Below, in pieces: positions 12,631 through 25,523 of a stretch of 64,000 nucleotides of DNA. The position numbers and the translations under genes were made by a program. The stretch is taken from assembly GCF_018977255.1 (NCBI RefSeq), contig NW_024704743.1:82462001-82526000 (forward strand), in the 5' to 3' direction. Each line of letters starts with the position of its first letter. Within the stretch, counting starts at the first letter, position 1. The stretch comes from Callorhinchus milii. Its lineage: Eukaryota. Below the pieces are notes generated by a model, which was given only the letters and a program-made list of their open reading frames with translations, ran no database searches and was not told the origin of the DNA.

Positions 12631-13164
12631 TCAACTAAAGGAGATAGTTTTTCCCTATTTACCTTGTTGTACCCCTTCAGAATCACAAGCATCTATAACA
12701 CCTCAATCTACCCAGTAGAAATTTGCCACATGCTCCCCTCAAATGCCTAATCTATTCAGATTCATTTGCATTTTCTCAACCCATATCAACTCATTTGCAA
12801 GATTGGCATCAGCAAATTTAGATTTAGCTTCGTTTCTGTCTCCCCTTCAAAACCATTTATGTATAGAACAAAAGCAGGATCACTGAGCCATCCCTCTCGT
12901 TACCTTTCATGACAATGTAGCTCCATATAAAACTACCCATTGTCACCTGCATTTCACTTCTCCCCCCTCAATTGTGTGCTTTCAAACCTTGAGAACCCAT
13001 CTCCCATGTGGCATGCAAACACACTGCAGCCCACAAATTCTACATCTACCCAACAGTTGGCAGAGTTGCAAGCCATAGATGAACACTACTATTCTGCTAA
13101 CAGAAGTGCATGGCACACTTATAATAACCTCTGCATTTGATATACCAAGTTACGTCATTGAGAT

Positions 13165-13585
13165 GTCTTTAAGATGTCTGGAATGCATTGCCTGGAAGGT
13201 TGGTGGAAGCCAATTCGATAACAGCTTTTAAGAGAGTAATTATTATAATAATCCCTCCAAAACAAAAAAAATAAATTAATCATTTTCAATCCATGACTGT
13301 TTGTGGGACACTGCTGTGCGCAATTGGCTGCCACGTTTCACCCACAAATATACGGTCAATTCATTTTACAGCATATTCTGTGAAGCGCTTTAAGATGTCT
13401 AGAAGACGTGAAAAGCGCTATATCAAATGCAAGGATTATTATTATTATTTGGGAGAATAAGTTTGCAGGGCTATGGGGAGAGAGTGGGGGATCAGGATTG
13501 ATTTGGGTAGCTCTTTTCAAAGAGCCGGCACGGACGTAATGGGCCAAATGGCCTCCTTCTGTACTGTATAATCCTATGATTCTAA
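13165..13585 (+). mobile_element. CR1-clade LINE 3' end interrupted by a SINE A fragment (13237-13450)
   Basis: WNALPGRLVEANSITAFKR, then the 3'UTR ATGGGCCAAATGGCCTCCTTCTGTACTGT..CTATGATTCTA. Confidence 0.8.
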
Positions 13586-14459
13586 GTACTTCAGGATTTA
13601 GTGCAGTGCCTGTAAATTTGCAGTAGCCAATTTGTGCTCAGCAATTACCCACAAAAAGGCATTATGTGAATGACCAATTCTTATCTGGAGGATTGTTGGC
13701 CAGGACGCCAGACCAAACTCCCTTTACTTTTTGAATAGTTCCATTGAATTTTTAAAATACAGCATTGCACTAGAGTGTCAGCCTAAATAGTGTTCAAAAT
13801 CGGTCTCATGGGACTCAAACCCACAATCTTTTGACTCGGAGCCGAGAAATATGACCAGAAAAAAAATCTTCAGAGGTCATAGGATAACTTGTTTTGAGAA
13901 TCAGAATTATAGTTATGCAGTGGTGATCTTCTGTCGGTGGATCTGCAGTAGTGTAGCAAGAAACAGCTTTACTTTGTATCTGACTCGTGCAATATGAATG
14001 GGGGAGGGATTTGTGTGTAATGCAAACTGGGTCTTATAAGTCTTATAATCACATTAGGATCACAAATACCATGCAAGTGAAATAACTTTACATTAGTATT
14101 CACAAATGTATTAATGTTAATTTGCTTAAAGTTAATGTTCATTGGCACACTACTTATTGAAATACTATGCCACTGAATTAACCAGTTTACCAAATTGTCT
14201 GGGCTTCCAAGTTTGCCATGTGTCTATAATACAATTATACTGTATATCATCCATTTCTGTGCTGAATTAATACAGTTTGGTGAAGAACAATGATGGAATT
14301 GATAAACTGTCAGTTATTTTACTCATTCACCTTCTCAGAACAGCATTTCCAAAACTGAATAAAGACCCCGCGTACGGTCTTTGTGTGGCATTGTTGGGAT
14401 ATTTCTCCTCATCTAAATTTCTTGTTCGACTACAAACCAATGCACTGAATAGTGAAAGT

Positions 14460-17222
14460 TTACTTCCACAACTCACGCTTTATGTTGGAATTCTCTGCAG
14501 AAGTGTGGCCAGCCTCTGGTTCATTCACTTCATTTTTTCTTTGTGAAGGTGGCTTCCATACATCATTGCTCCCACTTGCATCTGAGGCATCCTCCTCATC
14601 CTCCTGGCGAGCATTTTCTTCCCCAGCCCAGTCTTCATCATCTTCAAGTTGTTCATTTTTCTCATCATCCCCAGGGTATTGCCCATCTGAGTTATTGCTT
14701 TCTGAAAAGCTACCTTCCGTTTGCCTTTGTACAAACCACTCCCTGATGCTTTCATAACTCATGCAAGATCTCGAAACAAGGTCATCAAGATCCTCTTCAT
14801 TTAAATATTTGTGTTTCAAACAGTAATCTTCAAGAACAGTTTTCCCTGAACTAGCACGCCCTGCAGACACTTTGCTAGTTGACACTGTTGCACTCCAGTT
14901 GCTTGACCTTCCACCTCCTCTGGACCTGCCTCGCCCTCGTCCTCTTGGTCTACCTCGTGATCTCCCTCTACCTTTACTCTTTTTGGATGAAGTTGAAGTT
15001 TGTCCATTTTGACTCTCCACATTACCACTTTGATAGTAATAGTACCATTTCAAATTACCGTTTTTCCAGGCATATCTAGTATCTCCAAACCAACTTACTA
15101 TGTCAGTTCTGGCCAGTCCACTTTCAGCTGCTAATCGGTCATATACCTCTGGGGCTGGCCATTGTGTACGGACAAATGCACTTTTAAGGATATGCAGCTG
15201 CTCTGGAGTCTTCTTATAAAGCCTATTAGTTGCAGCTGCCATTACTCTCGGTATTGCTAGCCCACTCGCCAAAGATGTAGTATGCATTTGCCCATAAGGT
15301 GACTTTGTACGTGTCCCATGTCCTTCTGAATCTTTGTATTTGACATTGTTTTTTCCATTTTCCTCAGCTTTAGCTTCTAATTCTTTATTCTTTCTCCTCT
15401 CACAAAACCAGACATCAATCTCCCTTCTGGTAAGTTTCGAGTCGACCCTTAGCCGGTTAACCTCCTCGTCACTTGGAAAGGGACTGAAGAGAAAGCTTTC
15501 TTCAAGGAGCTGAAGCTGTTCCACAGTTTTCTCTTTGAACTTTTGTGGAGTAAAATCTGGGAATGCGTTCCACCCATGTTTGCGCTGTTGACTTACTGCA
15601 GGGAATTCAGGTGTAGTTTCATCACCTGAGTCTACAATTATAGTACTGCTGACTTCAGCAACATTGAAGTTTTGACTACATCTAGAATTCCTGTGGTTGT
15701 ATCTTGTGTCACTGAACCACTTCTTAATGTCACCTCTTGACAGGCCCGTTTCCTGCATAATTCTAGCAATCTCAGAGTCATTTGGAAATGCATTTCTAGT
15801 GAAGCTTGCTTTTAATTCGCTCAACTGTTCTTTTGTCTTTTTGAGACGAACACCATATGGATCAGCGAGAGATGGAACAGAATTTCCTTGTGAAGTAAGC
15901 TGTGAAATCTGGACATTATTGGACCGCTTTGCCTCTGGACCTGTATCACTCTCCTGAATTTTGCGTTTTTGCCACTGGGTTTGGTTCGAAATACCTGCTA
16001 TTGTCACAGTAACAGAAGAATTTTTAGCTGCTGCATTTGAATTGGCTACCTGCGTTAAGACAATACCTGACTGGCCAACTATCTGACAGGGCTGAAGAAT
16101 CTGCTGTAATCCATTAGCAGCAGTTGAAATCTGTGCTGGTATTACAGTTATTGTTTGTGGTACAGTGTGCACGGTACCATTAAATAGTTTCTTTTTGGCA
16201 TCTTCCACCTCCTCTGGAGTCCAGCTGATGCCATGCTTGAGGCGCTGGGCAGTGAACCAGATCTTAATCTGTTCCTCTGCATATTTTGTCTGAGTTTTTA
16301 GTGTTGTAACTTCTGATTGTGTGGGATAAGGGAATTTATTGAACGAATTGACTAGGTGAGTATTTGAATCCATATTAGTGTTGTAAGTAGGAATGCTGTT
16401 TACAGGAATCATGACTTTTGGAACAAAATTAGAATTCGATGATTGCATAAATGGTACGACTTGTGTAATTCCTGCTGGCAGCATTGATACTGAATCAATT
16501 ATTGTCCCATTTGCTTCCTGGGTAATGCAGATCCCACCGTTATTAGATTCTATGAATGAATTACAGGCCATCAAATCTTCGTCAATTTCTTCCCCCGCAG
16601 CATATTCATCTACCAAACTGGGAGATACAGAGATTCTTTTGGTCTCGGTTCGACTCTTCATCATCTTCATAATTGGGGTCTTACTTATAGAGATTCCTGT
16701 TGGAGGGGCATCAGAGTTTTCTGCAAATTCTTCATTTTGAGAGACACCATCACCATAAGATTCCTCAACAGTCTGCTCAAAGATGGTTTGATTGTTGTGT
16801 TTTACCATTTTGAGCTTAAAATTTAGTTCACCTGAATGACATCTGGTATTATGGTCAGTAAGAGCATCATATCTTTTGGTTGTAAAGTTACATTCCACAC
16901 AGAAGTACGATGGATTGAGAATAACATTTGGATGCTTTGAGTCAACATGCACTGTAAACTCATTTAAGTCCTGGGTTTCAAAAGTACAGTATTTACATTC
17001 ATAGCCTCCCTCCAACTTCTTCGTCTGTTGAGCATCCTGCACTTCCTTTTCTGGACTACCTTCATCATCCACTATGACACCTTCTGTTGTCAAGCTCTCA
17101 TCAGAAATATCTGGAGTGAGGTCATCATCTATATCTGCAATCACATCCAGATCTGGCTCCTCATCCAGGGTCTCACTGGCAGGAACCATACATGGAATCG
17201 TGGACTTCCGTTTGCTTGCCAT
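14460..17222 (-). CDS. ZHX1: Zinc fingers and homeoboxes protein 1 (whole ORF in one exon)
   Basis: 920-aa ORF starting MASKRKSTIPCM in a strong Kozak context (ACCATGG). It has two C2H2 fingers (YECKYC..H....H; YFCVEC..H....H), four clear homeodomains (IKIWFTAQR, IKKWFSDTRY, IDVWFCERR, IVSWFGDTRY), a degenerate fifth (IREWF), a GR-rich segment and an acidic tail. Adjacency to ATAD2 supports ZHX1 over ZHX2/3. The last few codons could differ if the donor at 14476 is used. Confidence 0.95.
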   Translation of the reverse strand: MASKRKSTIPCMVPASETLDEEPDLDVIADIDDDLTPDISDESLTTEGVIVDDEGSPEKEVQDAQQTKKLEGGYECKYCTFETQDLNEFTVHVDSKHPNVILNPSYFCVECNFTTKRYDALTDHNTRCHSGELNFKLKMVKHNNQTIFEQTVEESYGDGVSQNEEFAENSDAPPTGISISKTPIMKMMKSRTETKRISVSPSLVDEYAAGEEIDEDLMACNSFIESNNGGICITQEANGTIIDSVSMLPAGITQVVPFMQSSNSNFVPKVMIPVNSIPTYNTNMDSNTHLVNSFNKFPYPTQSEVTTLKTQTKYAEEQIKIWFTAQRLKHGISWTPEEVEDAKKKLFNGTVHTVPQTITVIPAQISTAANGLQQILQPCQIVGQSGIVLTQVANSNAAAKNSSVTVTIAGISNQTQWQKRKIQESDTGPEAKRSNNVQISQLTSQGNSVPSLADPYGVRLKKTKEQLSELKASFTRNAFPNDSEIARIMQETGLSRGDIKKWFSDTRYNHRNSRCSQNFNVAEVSSTIIVDSGDETTPEFPAVSQQRKHGWNAFPDFTPQKFKEKTVEQLQLLEESFLFSPFPSDEEVNRLRVDSKLTRREIDVWFCERRKNKELEAKAEENGKNNVKYKDSEGHGTRTKSPYGQMHTTSLASGLAIPRVMAAATNRLYKKTPEQLHILKSAFVRTQWPAPEVYDRLAAESGLARTDIVSWFGDTRYAWKNGNLKWYYYYQSGNVESQNGQTSTSSKKSKGRGRSRGRPRGRGRGRSRGGGRSSNWSATVSTSKVSAGRASSGKTVLEDYCLKHKYLNEEDLDDLVSRSCMSYESIREWFVQRQTEGSFSESNNSDGQYPGDDEKNEQLEDDEDWAGEENARQEDEEDASDASGSNDVWKPPSQRKNEVNEPEAGHTSAENSNIKRELWK

Positions 17223-17349
17223 GGTGAAGGATTTTTCTTCCAGAAAACCTATGCTAAAGAAGTTTTATCTACTTCTTCGAGATCTTCTTGCTTTGCTTAT
17301 CTCCCCAAATGTCAGCAGCTCTACCACACTGCATTCAAGGGAGCTTCAT
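17223..17349 (-). other. ZHX1: 5'UTR part of the ZHX1 coding exon (splice acceptor at 17351-17350)
   Basis: The minus strand reads ..aacttttattttgcag|ATGAAGCTC.., a pyrimidine tract plus AG 127 nt upstream of the ZHX1 ATG. Confidence 0.7.
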
Positions 17350-17959
17350 CTGCAAAATAAAAGTTATCAAAATGTTACTTCAGAACTATAACCATGTATG
17401 TTGTTAAGAAAACTCACCTCGCTTTTAAATTTAAAACTATCACTACAGCACAATATTTGGAGAAGAGTAATATAAATTTGGATGCGATCTAATTTTAGTT
17501 GGATTACTATACGAAGACAACAGGCCAGGCAGGGTATTTACCCACAGAGAGTGAGGGAACTTTGATAGAGCAGTTGTCAATTTGATTCTTTGTCTGCCAA
17601 AAATCTTACTTGAAGTCTGATATACTGCATTTTTGTAACCTCAGAATCAGTTAGGAGAAATATTTAATTTAATATTCAATGCTGAGACAATCTACCATCT
17701 TGGTATAAAGCTTCCAGAGCTCCAATAAGTTGGTAACAATTTCAGGCAATAGGCCATTGGTACATCTAGCCTATCCATCCAACATCTCAAAAGATTTCGT
17801 TAACACTTCTCATCATCTAATAACCCTGTCATGGAGGATAGAGCCTGGTCTCTGCATTGTTTTCAACAACTCAAAAACACTTTGCTTTATATGCTGTTCA
17901 ACACAGAGGAGTTCTGTGCTAAGGATGAAAGATCAGCAATCGTGCATTTATAACTTTAA

Positions 17960-18310
17960 AGCCAAAAATGCAAATCAATTTATAATAGAGGGGATTGACA
18001 AGTTAATTAGGGGCAAATCTGCCATCTTTTAGAGGGATCCAAAATATGAGAATACAGTCTTAAAATATAGAGGTAAGGCAGTTAGACGTGAAACCAGAAG
18101 ATATTGTGAGAGTGAGAATGCAATGCCCCAGAGGCTATAGATTAGAATTGATTGAAATATTTAAAAGGGAGATGCTTGAGATGTAAGAATCTGAAGGAAT
18201 GTGGAAAACAAGGCAGGGAAATGGGATTAAAATAACTGCTAAGATCTAATAAATAGTGGAACAGGCTCAGCGGGCCAAACAGCCTGCTCCTATCCCTCAT
18301 TCTGACCTTT
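17960..18310 (+). mobile_element. CR1-clade LINE 3' end (old)
   Basis: Degenerate ORF2 end and GGAACAGGCTCAGCGGGCCAAACAGCCTGCTCCT 3'UTR hairpin. Confidence 0.65.
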
Positions 18311-19099
18311 ATTGAAGCAAAAGAATGAATAGCAGCTCAAAAATCCCTCAGATACAGTGTATTGATGTCTTCATCATATTTCTCCTTCAACAGTTCAGGG
18401 AAATAATGGCTGGCTCTTGTGATTCTTTAACATAGAGATCAATTTAATTCCATGATAGCCTTTTATAACATTTCAGTTCAGCAAAGGGCTTCTCAATTCA
18501 CCAATAATACAAAAATGTCAGATGTATAAGAATCTAAAAAGGCAATGGAAGGGAGGACATTATGCAAAGCAGAAATCTGGCAAAATGTGCAAATGTAGAA
18601 TTCTGGCACAACAAGTGCTTTTACCCATCTAATCTTCAGTTGGAAGCACATCCAGTGCCAGAAGTAACATCTACTCTTTTTTGACCCAGAGTGGAAAAGT
18701 CATAGGTAGTAACAGCACAGGGAGGTTTAACTAATCTTAAGCCAACAACATTTTGGCAAACTGACATAACATAACAAAATTACAACATGGATCAGTTCCT
18801 AATGGGCATGGACTCATCACAAAACTGCCTTCAATTTGGACCGCTGAGGCCCCACAGGAAGACTGGTGCTGAGATGTGTCACAATCATCGGTGAATATTG
18901 GGGAACATTACTGGGGAACATTAGAGGGAGCTTCATTCAGTATCCTGCTGTGCTACACAACAGCCTATTGGATGATGACGCGTTGAAATTAGACATCATT
19001 CCAAATCCCAGCCCTAAAACAAAATTTATAATAATTAATTTAATTTAAAACCAGTTCCAGAATTGGGTCAGGTGACATTGTTTGTAGCTGCACATCACC

Positions 19100-19525
19100 A
19101 CAGGTCAGTCTGGTGCAGTGGTAGCACTCTCGCCTCAGAACCTGGTTTGTGGTTTCAAGCCCAATATTGGGATTTGGAACTCAGTCCAGACTACACACTC
19201 CAGTGCAGTGATGGGGGTGTTCTACAATGTTGAAGGTGCCGACCTTCAGATGAGCTGTTAAACTGAAGCCTGCCTTCCTGCCTGTTCAAATGCATGTTGA
19301 AGATCCCTCGACACTTTTGGAAACGAGAAGAGAGTTTGTCCCAGTGTCATGGTCAACAAACTCCCAAATAAAATAGGTCATTTATTTCATGGCCATTTGT
19401 GTGACTTTGCTGTGTGCAAATTGACTACTTTTGCCCATAAAGTACACAGTCACTACAATTTACAACAAAACCTGTGAAGTGCTTCGAGAAATGTGAAAGA
19501 CACTATATCAAATGTAAGGATTATA
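19100..19525 (+). mobile_element. Deu-domain SINE family B
   Basis: Same head and core, with an L2-type tail. Confidence 0.78.
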
Positions 19526-20747
19526 TCTCTCCAGGTTTGCTCACTACATCATCATTCAATGTGACTTGCAACACGTTGTAAAGAATAGTGCTACAATGTT
19601 ACTAAAATAATATTTTTCACTGAACATATTAAATCATTTCGGACTCAAAGAACTCAGTATAATCATGGACTGTGTTGTCAAATAGAATTTTCACAATAAA
19701 TAAATTACACCTTTGATATGGATGGCTAATAGCACACTGTACCAGTGTGTACTAATATACTAGTTTGAATTCCAAATTCATCACTTTCAAACTTGCAGTG
19801 CTATACATCTGATAATAATCCTCACATTTGATATAGCACAAGATCACATTGTTAAGGATTTTACTGTTAAGTGTAGTGACTGTGTTTTGAAGGAGAATTA
19901 TCTGAAACTGTGAAAAAAAATCCGACTTTGTATCTCCCTGTTGCCCCCTTTATATTTTTACAGCAGCTATATCACATTGCATTCTGAGGAACTCTACCTA
20001 CAAATATCGATTTTTTTAAAAAGTTCCTTCAGAGCTACAAGCATATATTCAGCAAAACCTTCAAGATTGAACGAGGACTAATTTGATGACCATGTAAGAG
20101 TACTCTAATATAGGTGCAGTTTGGCTGATGCTTGAGATTCTTATGAGCATGTGAGCCAAAAATGGAATTAACTGCAATACAGAGCATCGATTTAGCTAAA
20201 GTAAAACAATTGCACAATAGTGTTCAAATGATTTTAAAGAAATCCTATCAACATTTTTAAATAGTTACACAATTTCTCCAAGGTCAAGGGAGGATAGAAT
20301 TATTGGGGCTCAAAAGACTATTTGTTTCCTGTTCCAACGTACTCTGCAAAAGCAACGCGACTGTTCGACGCCTCAGATGTTTTGTTTAGCAATATTTTTT
20401 ATTGGCTAGGGAGCAAAAACTATTAGAGGGCAAACATTTATAGAGTACGTTTCACTCATTAAAAACTTCTGCTAGAAAAAACTCTTCCGGCACTACAATA
20501 TAGTATTAATGTTTCACAGACACTGTTCTATATGCACTTCTGAGAAATGTCGCAACTTCAATTCCAGCTGCTATGAACTTTAGGATTTTTAAAAGCTTGG
20601 GAGTGGCAATAAGTAAAACAACTGTGCCACGGCCTCTGTAATGCCTCCTGCTTTAAATTAAATTCTTAAAACTGCCAGATAAACTAAATAAACACATGGA
20701 AACTGTAAAACGAAAGTATATTCAGATTCTGGAGAGCAAATTTGACA

Positions 20748-21063
20748 AATAATAATAATAATCCTTGCATTTGGTATAGCGCTTTTCAAGTCAGGAGGAC
20801 GTCCCAAAGCGCTTCACAGAACACACTGTAAAGTGAATTGACTGTATATTTGTGGGCGAACGCGGCAGCCAATTGCGCACAGCAATGTCCCACAAACAGT
20901 CATAGATTGAAAATGACCAATTTATTATTGTTTTGGAGGGATTATTATTAGGCTCTGTGTGGAGTAAGGAAACTTGCCCAAGGTTTCGCCCTCTGCCTGG
21001 AATTGAACTCGGGTCTCTCGCTTGCAAAGCGAGTGCTCTAACTACTGAGCTACAGGACTCCAC
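20748..21063 (-). mobile_element. tRNA-derived SINE family A, short form, full length
   Basis: Closely matches 11470-11786 in reverse orientation. Confidence 0.93.
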
Positions 21064-22049
21064 AGGACAAGCATTGTTATTAAAGTACAATTAATATTCT
21101 GCTCAATTGGAGACGTTTCAAAGGATTTACTGAACTAAAGTGCAGTAATAACAAAAAGGATATACACCAATAATATTAGGCAAAAAATATAAACAATACA
21201 TTATCTGATCTCAGGTAATTATTTTGTGTACCTGATTGTCCTAACCCTGGAATGCAGGAATTCATTTCCTTAAAACATTCACTTTGTTTTTCCTCAGAAG
21301 GGTAATCGGATACATTTTTGACTATGTTTTTTCATTGTTTACAATGCAGTACAAGATGTAAATAAACCAAGCTTAATGTTACATTTGTGTCTATTAGTTT
21401 GCCACATTTGAAGAAAAAGAGTCTGATATCAAAGGTTAAGGAACTCCCGTTTACAGTACATGACACACAAGGATGTAGTACGAGTGTAGAGATTCCTGAA
21501 ACTACCGGCACAATGTGTGACAGAAGAACAGGATCTTAGGCATATACATATAAAGGATTGGAGCACAAGCCAAAGGAAGTGAATTTACACAAAGCACTGA
21601 TCTGGCCACACCTGAAACACTACCTACAATTCTTGTCACTGCATGAAAGGAAGGAAACCTGGACTTTGAAAAAGGATACAGCAAAAGGCAACCAGATTAA
21701 TTGCTGAATTAGATGCCTCAATTACGATGCGAATTTATGGAGGCTGGAAATGTTACCTAAAAAGAGGGCTCAAGTCAGATCTTATTGAATATAAGATCCT
21801 AAAGAGCAATATGCTAAGTGTACTGAAACTGAATCCTAGTAACATTTTTGGCAAGGTCAAACAATCAAAAATAAGACTTAAGATCACAATGGGAAAAGGT
21901 AATTCAGATTTAAGTTTTCTTGTATATTAATAATAATCCTTGCATTTGATATAGCGCCTTATCACATCGCTGAGACACCTCAAAGAATATACTGTAAAGT
22001 GAATTGACTTGTGTATTTTGTGGGCAAAACGCGGCAGCCCTCTTATGAC

Positions 22050-22850
22050 AATGTGGACAAGACAGTAGCCATAGTCTGGCTCCCGTCAATGTCTTCACTC
22101 CTGCGGATCTAAACTCCTCAACCCCCCTGGGCTCTCCCTCAGATTCACCGAACCAGTGCACAATCTAGGTATCCGGTTCTACCCCCAGCTGTCCTTCCTC
22201 CCCCATATACGATCCCTGACCAGGACCGCCTTCTTCCAGCTCCGCCACATTGCCTGCCTCCGACCGTACCTCAAATGCAGGCGAAACCCTCTTGCGTGCA
22301 TTTGTCGCCTCGCGCCCGGATTACTCAAACGCACTACTCACTGGTCTCCCCAGATCCACTATTCCAAAAATAGAGATCATTCAGAACTCTGCCACTCAAA
22401 TACCTACTCGGACCAAACTCCGTACCCACATCACACCAGTCCTGCCAGGCTCCACATCATCGAACGACTTCAAGATCCTCATATTCGTGTTCAAATCCAT
22501 TCACTCCCTGGCACCTCCCTACCTCTCCGACCTCCTCACTCCCCAATCCACCACCCGGCGCCTCCGCTCAACTGGCACCAGCCTCCTGCTCGTCCCTCAC
22601 ATCATTCGCTCCACCATTGGAGGTCGCACTTTCAACCACTATGCCCCGAAAGTTTGGAACACTATCCCTCAATCCCTCTGCCCTGATCCTCTCTCTCCCC
22701 CTTTTCAACTCCTGCCTTAAAACCTTCCCTTTTGACCATACTTATGATCACCTCCCCGCCGTGGCTCGAGTCAGGCTCCATCTTTGTTAAGCGCTCTGAG
22801 ACGCTACCCTGCGTGGAGGGTGCTATACAATGCATGTTGCTGTTGTTATA
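22050..22850 (+). mobile_element. L2-clade LINE 3' fragment
   Basis: HNLGIRF, AFVASRPDYSN, APKVWNTIP and 3' tail. Confidence 0.9.
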
Positions 22851-22868
22851 CAAAGTGGTGAATATGTA

Positions 22869-23130
22869 CAACAACAAATTAACAGCTATATAGCACCTTT
22901 CATATCAAGAGGATGTTCCCAGTACCATGATATGAACCCAGTCAGGGGGTAGGGGAGATGACTGGAGGTACGGTCAAAGGGGATGATCTTGAAAGAAACA
23001 AGGGAAGAGATGAGACAAAAGGACTCCAGGATGGAGTTCCAGAAAGTGGGATCACAACAGCACCATACTGATGGTGCATCAGACAGGGTATGTGAAGCAT
23101 GCCCAATACCCACCCGTAAATTGTGTATGT
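22869..23130 (-). mobile_element. L2-clade LINE 3' fragment (old)
   Basis: Reverse-complement tail plus PTFWNS motif. Confidence 0.7.
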
Positions 23131-25498
23131 AGGATAGGGTAGCCAGAAAAGAATTGGAGACACATAGTGCCAATAACTTCATGAGGGAATTGTATAATTA
23201 CTTGTTAAAAATTATTTGAGGAGTGAAAGAGGGCGTTTTTTTTTTTAAAAAGTACATTAGGATGGACCACACTGAAAACCACAATATAATTTATTCACAA
23301 TTTGAAAGTCACTTTCACGGCTGTTTGTGGAAGCCCGATGTGCGCAATTGACTGCTATGCTTCATTAACAAAACATAGTCAATTCACTTTACAATATATT
23401 CAGTGAAGCGCTTTGAAACGTTTTGAAGACGTGATAAGGCGCTATGTCAAATGCAAGGATTATTATTATTATTTGTTCAAAACATGAATAATGCCTTTTC
23501 CCCTAAACTTAGGAGGCATGTAAAATTCAAAAGTGCAGGTCAACTCCCCCTAAAGTAGAAGCAATTGCTCTAACATTTACAAGGTTCATGTCTTAGCATG
23601 ATTCATTGCTAAAACTCAAAGGGGGAGGATAATCTTTTTTCAAAGAGAAAATTGAGCCTTTTTAAAAAAAAGTATTCTCAGTAATAGAAACTTTAAAAAA
23701 TGCCCTTAATTTATTTTTGTACTCACAGCATAGCGAGCACAAAAGTCTTGGAGATTAAACCACATCCTACCTCCTGAGCTGGTGATGCAGTCATTGATTG
23801 AAATGGCCCTCTAAATTCAACGCTTCATCTCCACGAAAAGGATTTTCTCTCTTCCTCCTTTTCCTTAATCATTTTTTGAGTAGGCTTCCACAAATGCTTG
23901 CTGCCCTCCAATTACGTCATTCTTTACATGCAATCCCAGACAGTGAGGATTAGAAGCTTATTTTAAACCACAAGAGGGGGGAGGAGGGGTGCGGGGACAT
24001 CAGAGCTGAACTCAGTTGTATCCTTGCCCCAGACCTACAGGTGGGAAACTTTGGAGCAGATATTCCTTTGACAGTAATCAGGAATGGGAAGCCCAAATGA
24101 TGGTTTCCCTTCTGCACTTCAAAGACATACATCAATAAGAGCAACCTTACTGCTTCCCATCAGAAATCAGCTCTCAGTACAGATCAGGGAATCAACTTGG
24201 ATTATCAAGGCATGTACTGCTCAAGTTTCATATTAGGTATCAGCTAAATCAACTGAGCCTGTGGGAAGCGGCAGGAATTACTCCAGGGGGATTCTCAAGA
24301 AGATGCCAACATAGATCTGAAGATAGGCCAGAAAACGTTTGACTCACCGAGGGTTGCGAAAACATAATTAAATAAATCACACATTTGTGGTATAAACAGT
24401 GTTCAATGAAACATTGAAACAGAGAGAATTTGTTTAAAGTCTGAGCAAGACGATAACAAGCTAATGAGTCACCAGCTTTTCTCCAGTAAGAAAAAAAGAT
24501 TACTCACAAGTTAATAAGTCTTTCCTTACCAATGGAATAAATTATATGTTCCTATATTCCACGAAGTAGCTTCTAGACCACATCAGCAATCTTTAATAAA
24601 TATTATAATTACTGAAAAAGAATGACCAACTTTTCTATTTGTTCAATCTGTGATTCAGGGTGAACCAAAGTTCAACCAGTTTGGGATAAAAAAAATCTAG
24701 TGCTATCGATGCATATGCAGCATAAATTCCTCAAGAATTTAACAGCAGCTTTTAAAAATGTTAAAATTCTAATTGGAAACATAAATCTCTTGGACAGTAA
24801 CACAACAAAAAATAGTACAATGAAAATTAATAAGGGGATTGTTGCCAAAATGATTCTGTTCGTGAAGACAACTTTCATAGAAAGGCCATCCTTTGACATT
24901 TACTGACATACCTAAATCCTGTTCAGCTCACAATAGCAGTCAACCAGTTGGGAAAATCATTGCCCTGAAGCTGCGATTCAAACTGAAGCTACAATAAAAA
25001 AGCCACTTCTTCAATCAAATCTTAATGAATTTCTGCCTACATGTGTTGAGGGCACTGTCACATTTAATTTTCAATTCTTGAAAGCATGTTATAAAAAAAA
25101 ATCCACATATAATGTTAACCCAACCACTGGACCACGACTATATTAAAAGTGACAAGATTACATCGCAGACCTGTTGACACACCATATTCCCATCAGGTTC
25201 CACATTACATGGGTTTAGCCAAAGCTTTTGTTCAATGGAAAAAGAACACAAGAAGATTATTTTCCTGCTGTCTTTAACATCTTAAATTTCAAAAACAGTA
25301 AAGCACAGTCAGTTATCAACCACAGTTGATATCAGTTTCTGTTTTGGTCCCTCCATACAAGCGTTAAACATATACACTACTTGCTATTGCTTTAAAGCTG
25401 AAGATTGGTGAAATCTTGTTTGGTTGAATAGGATACTGTTGCATTGCTATGTATTTTACCTGCAATGGACATTATTAGCATATTTGTGCTGTACCTTT

Positions 25499-25523
25499 NN
25501 NNNNNNNNNNNNNNNNNNNNNNN
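25499..25523. other. Assembly gap (25 N)
   Basis: Run of 25 n. Confidence 0.99.

Noticed and set aside
15697..17391. Plus-strand ORFs antisense to ZHX1
   Set aside because: Shadow ORFs of the coding strand with no independent support.
20990..21063. tRNA-Ala(TGC)-like cloverleaf (also at 11470, 31723, 36015, 37051)
   Set aside because: The T and acceptor stems are mismatched and each copy continues into a SINE body and tail; these are SINE heads, not tRNA genes.
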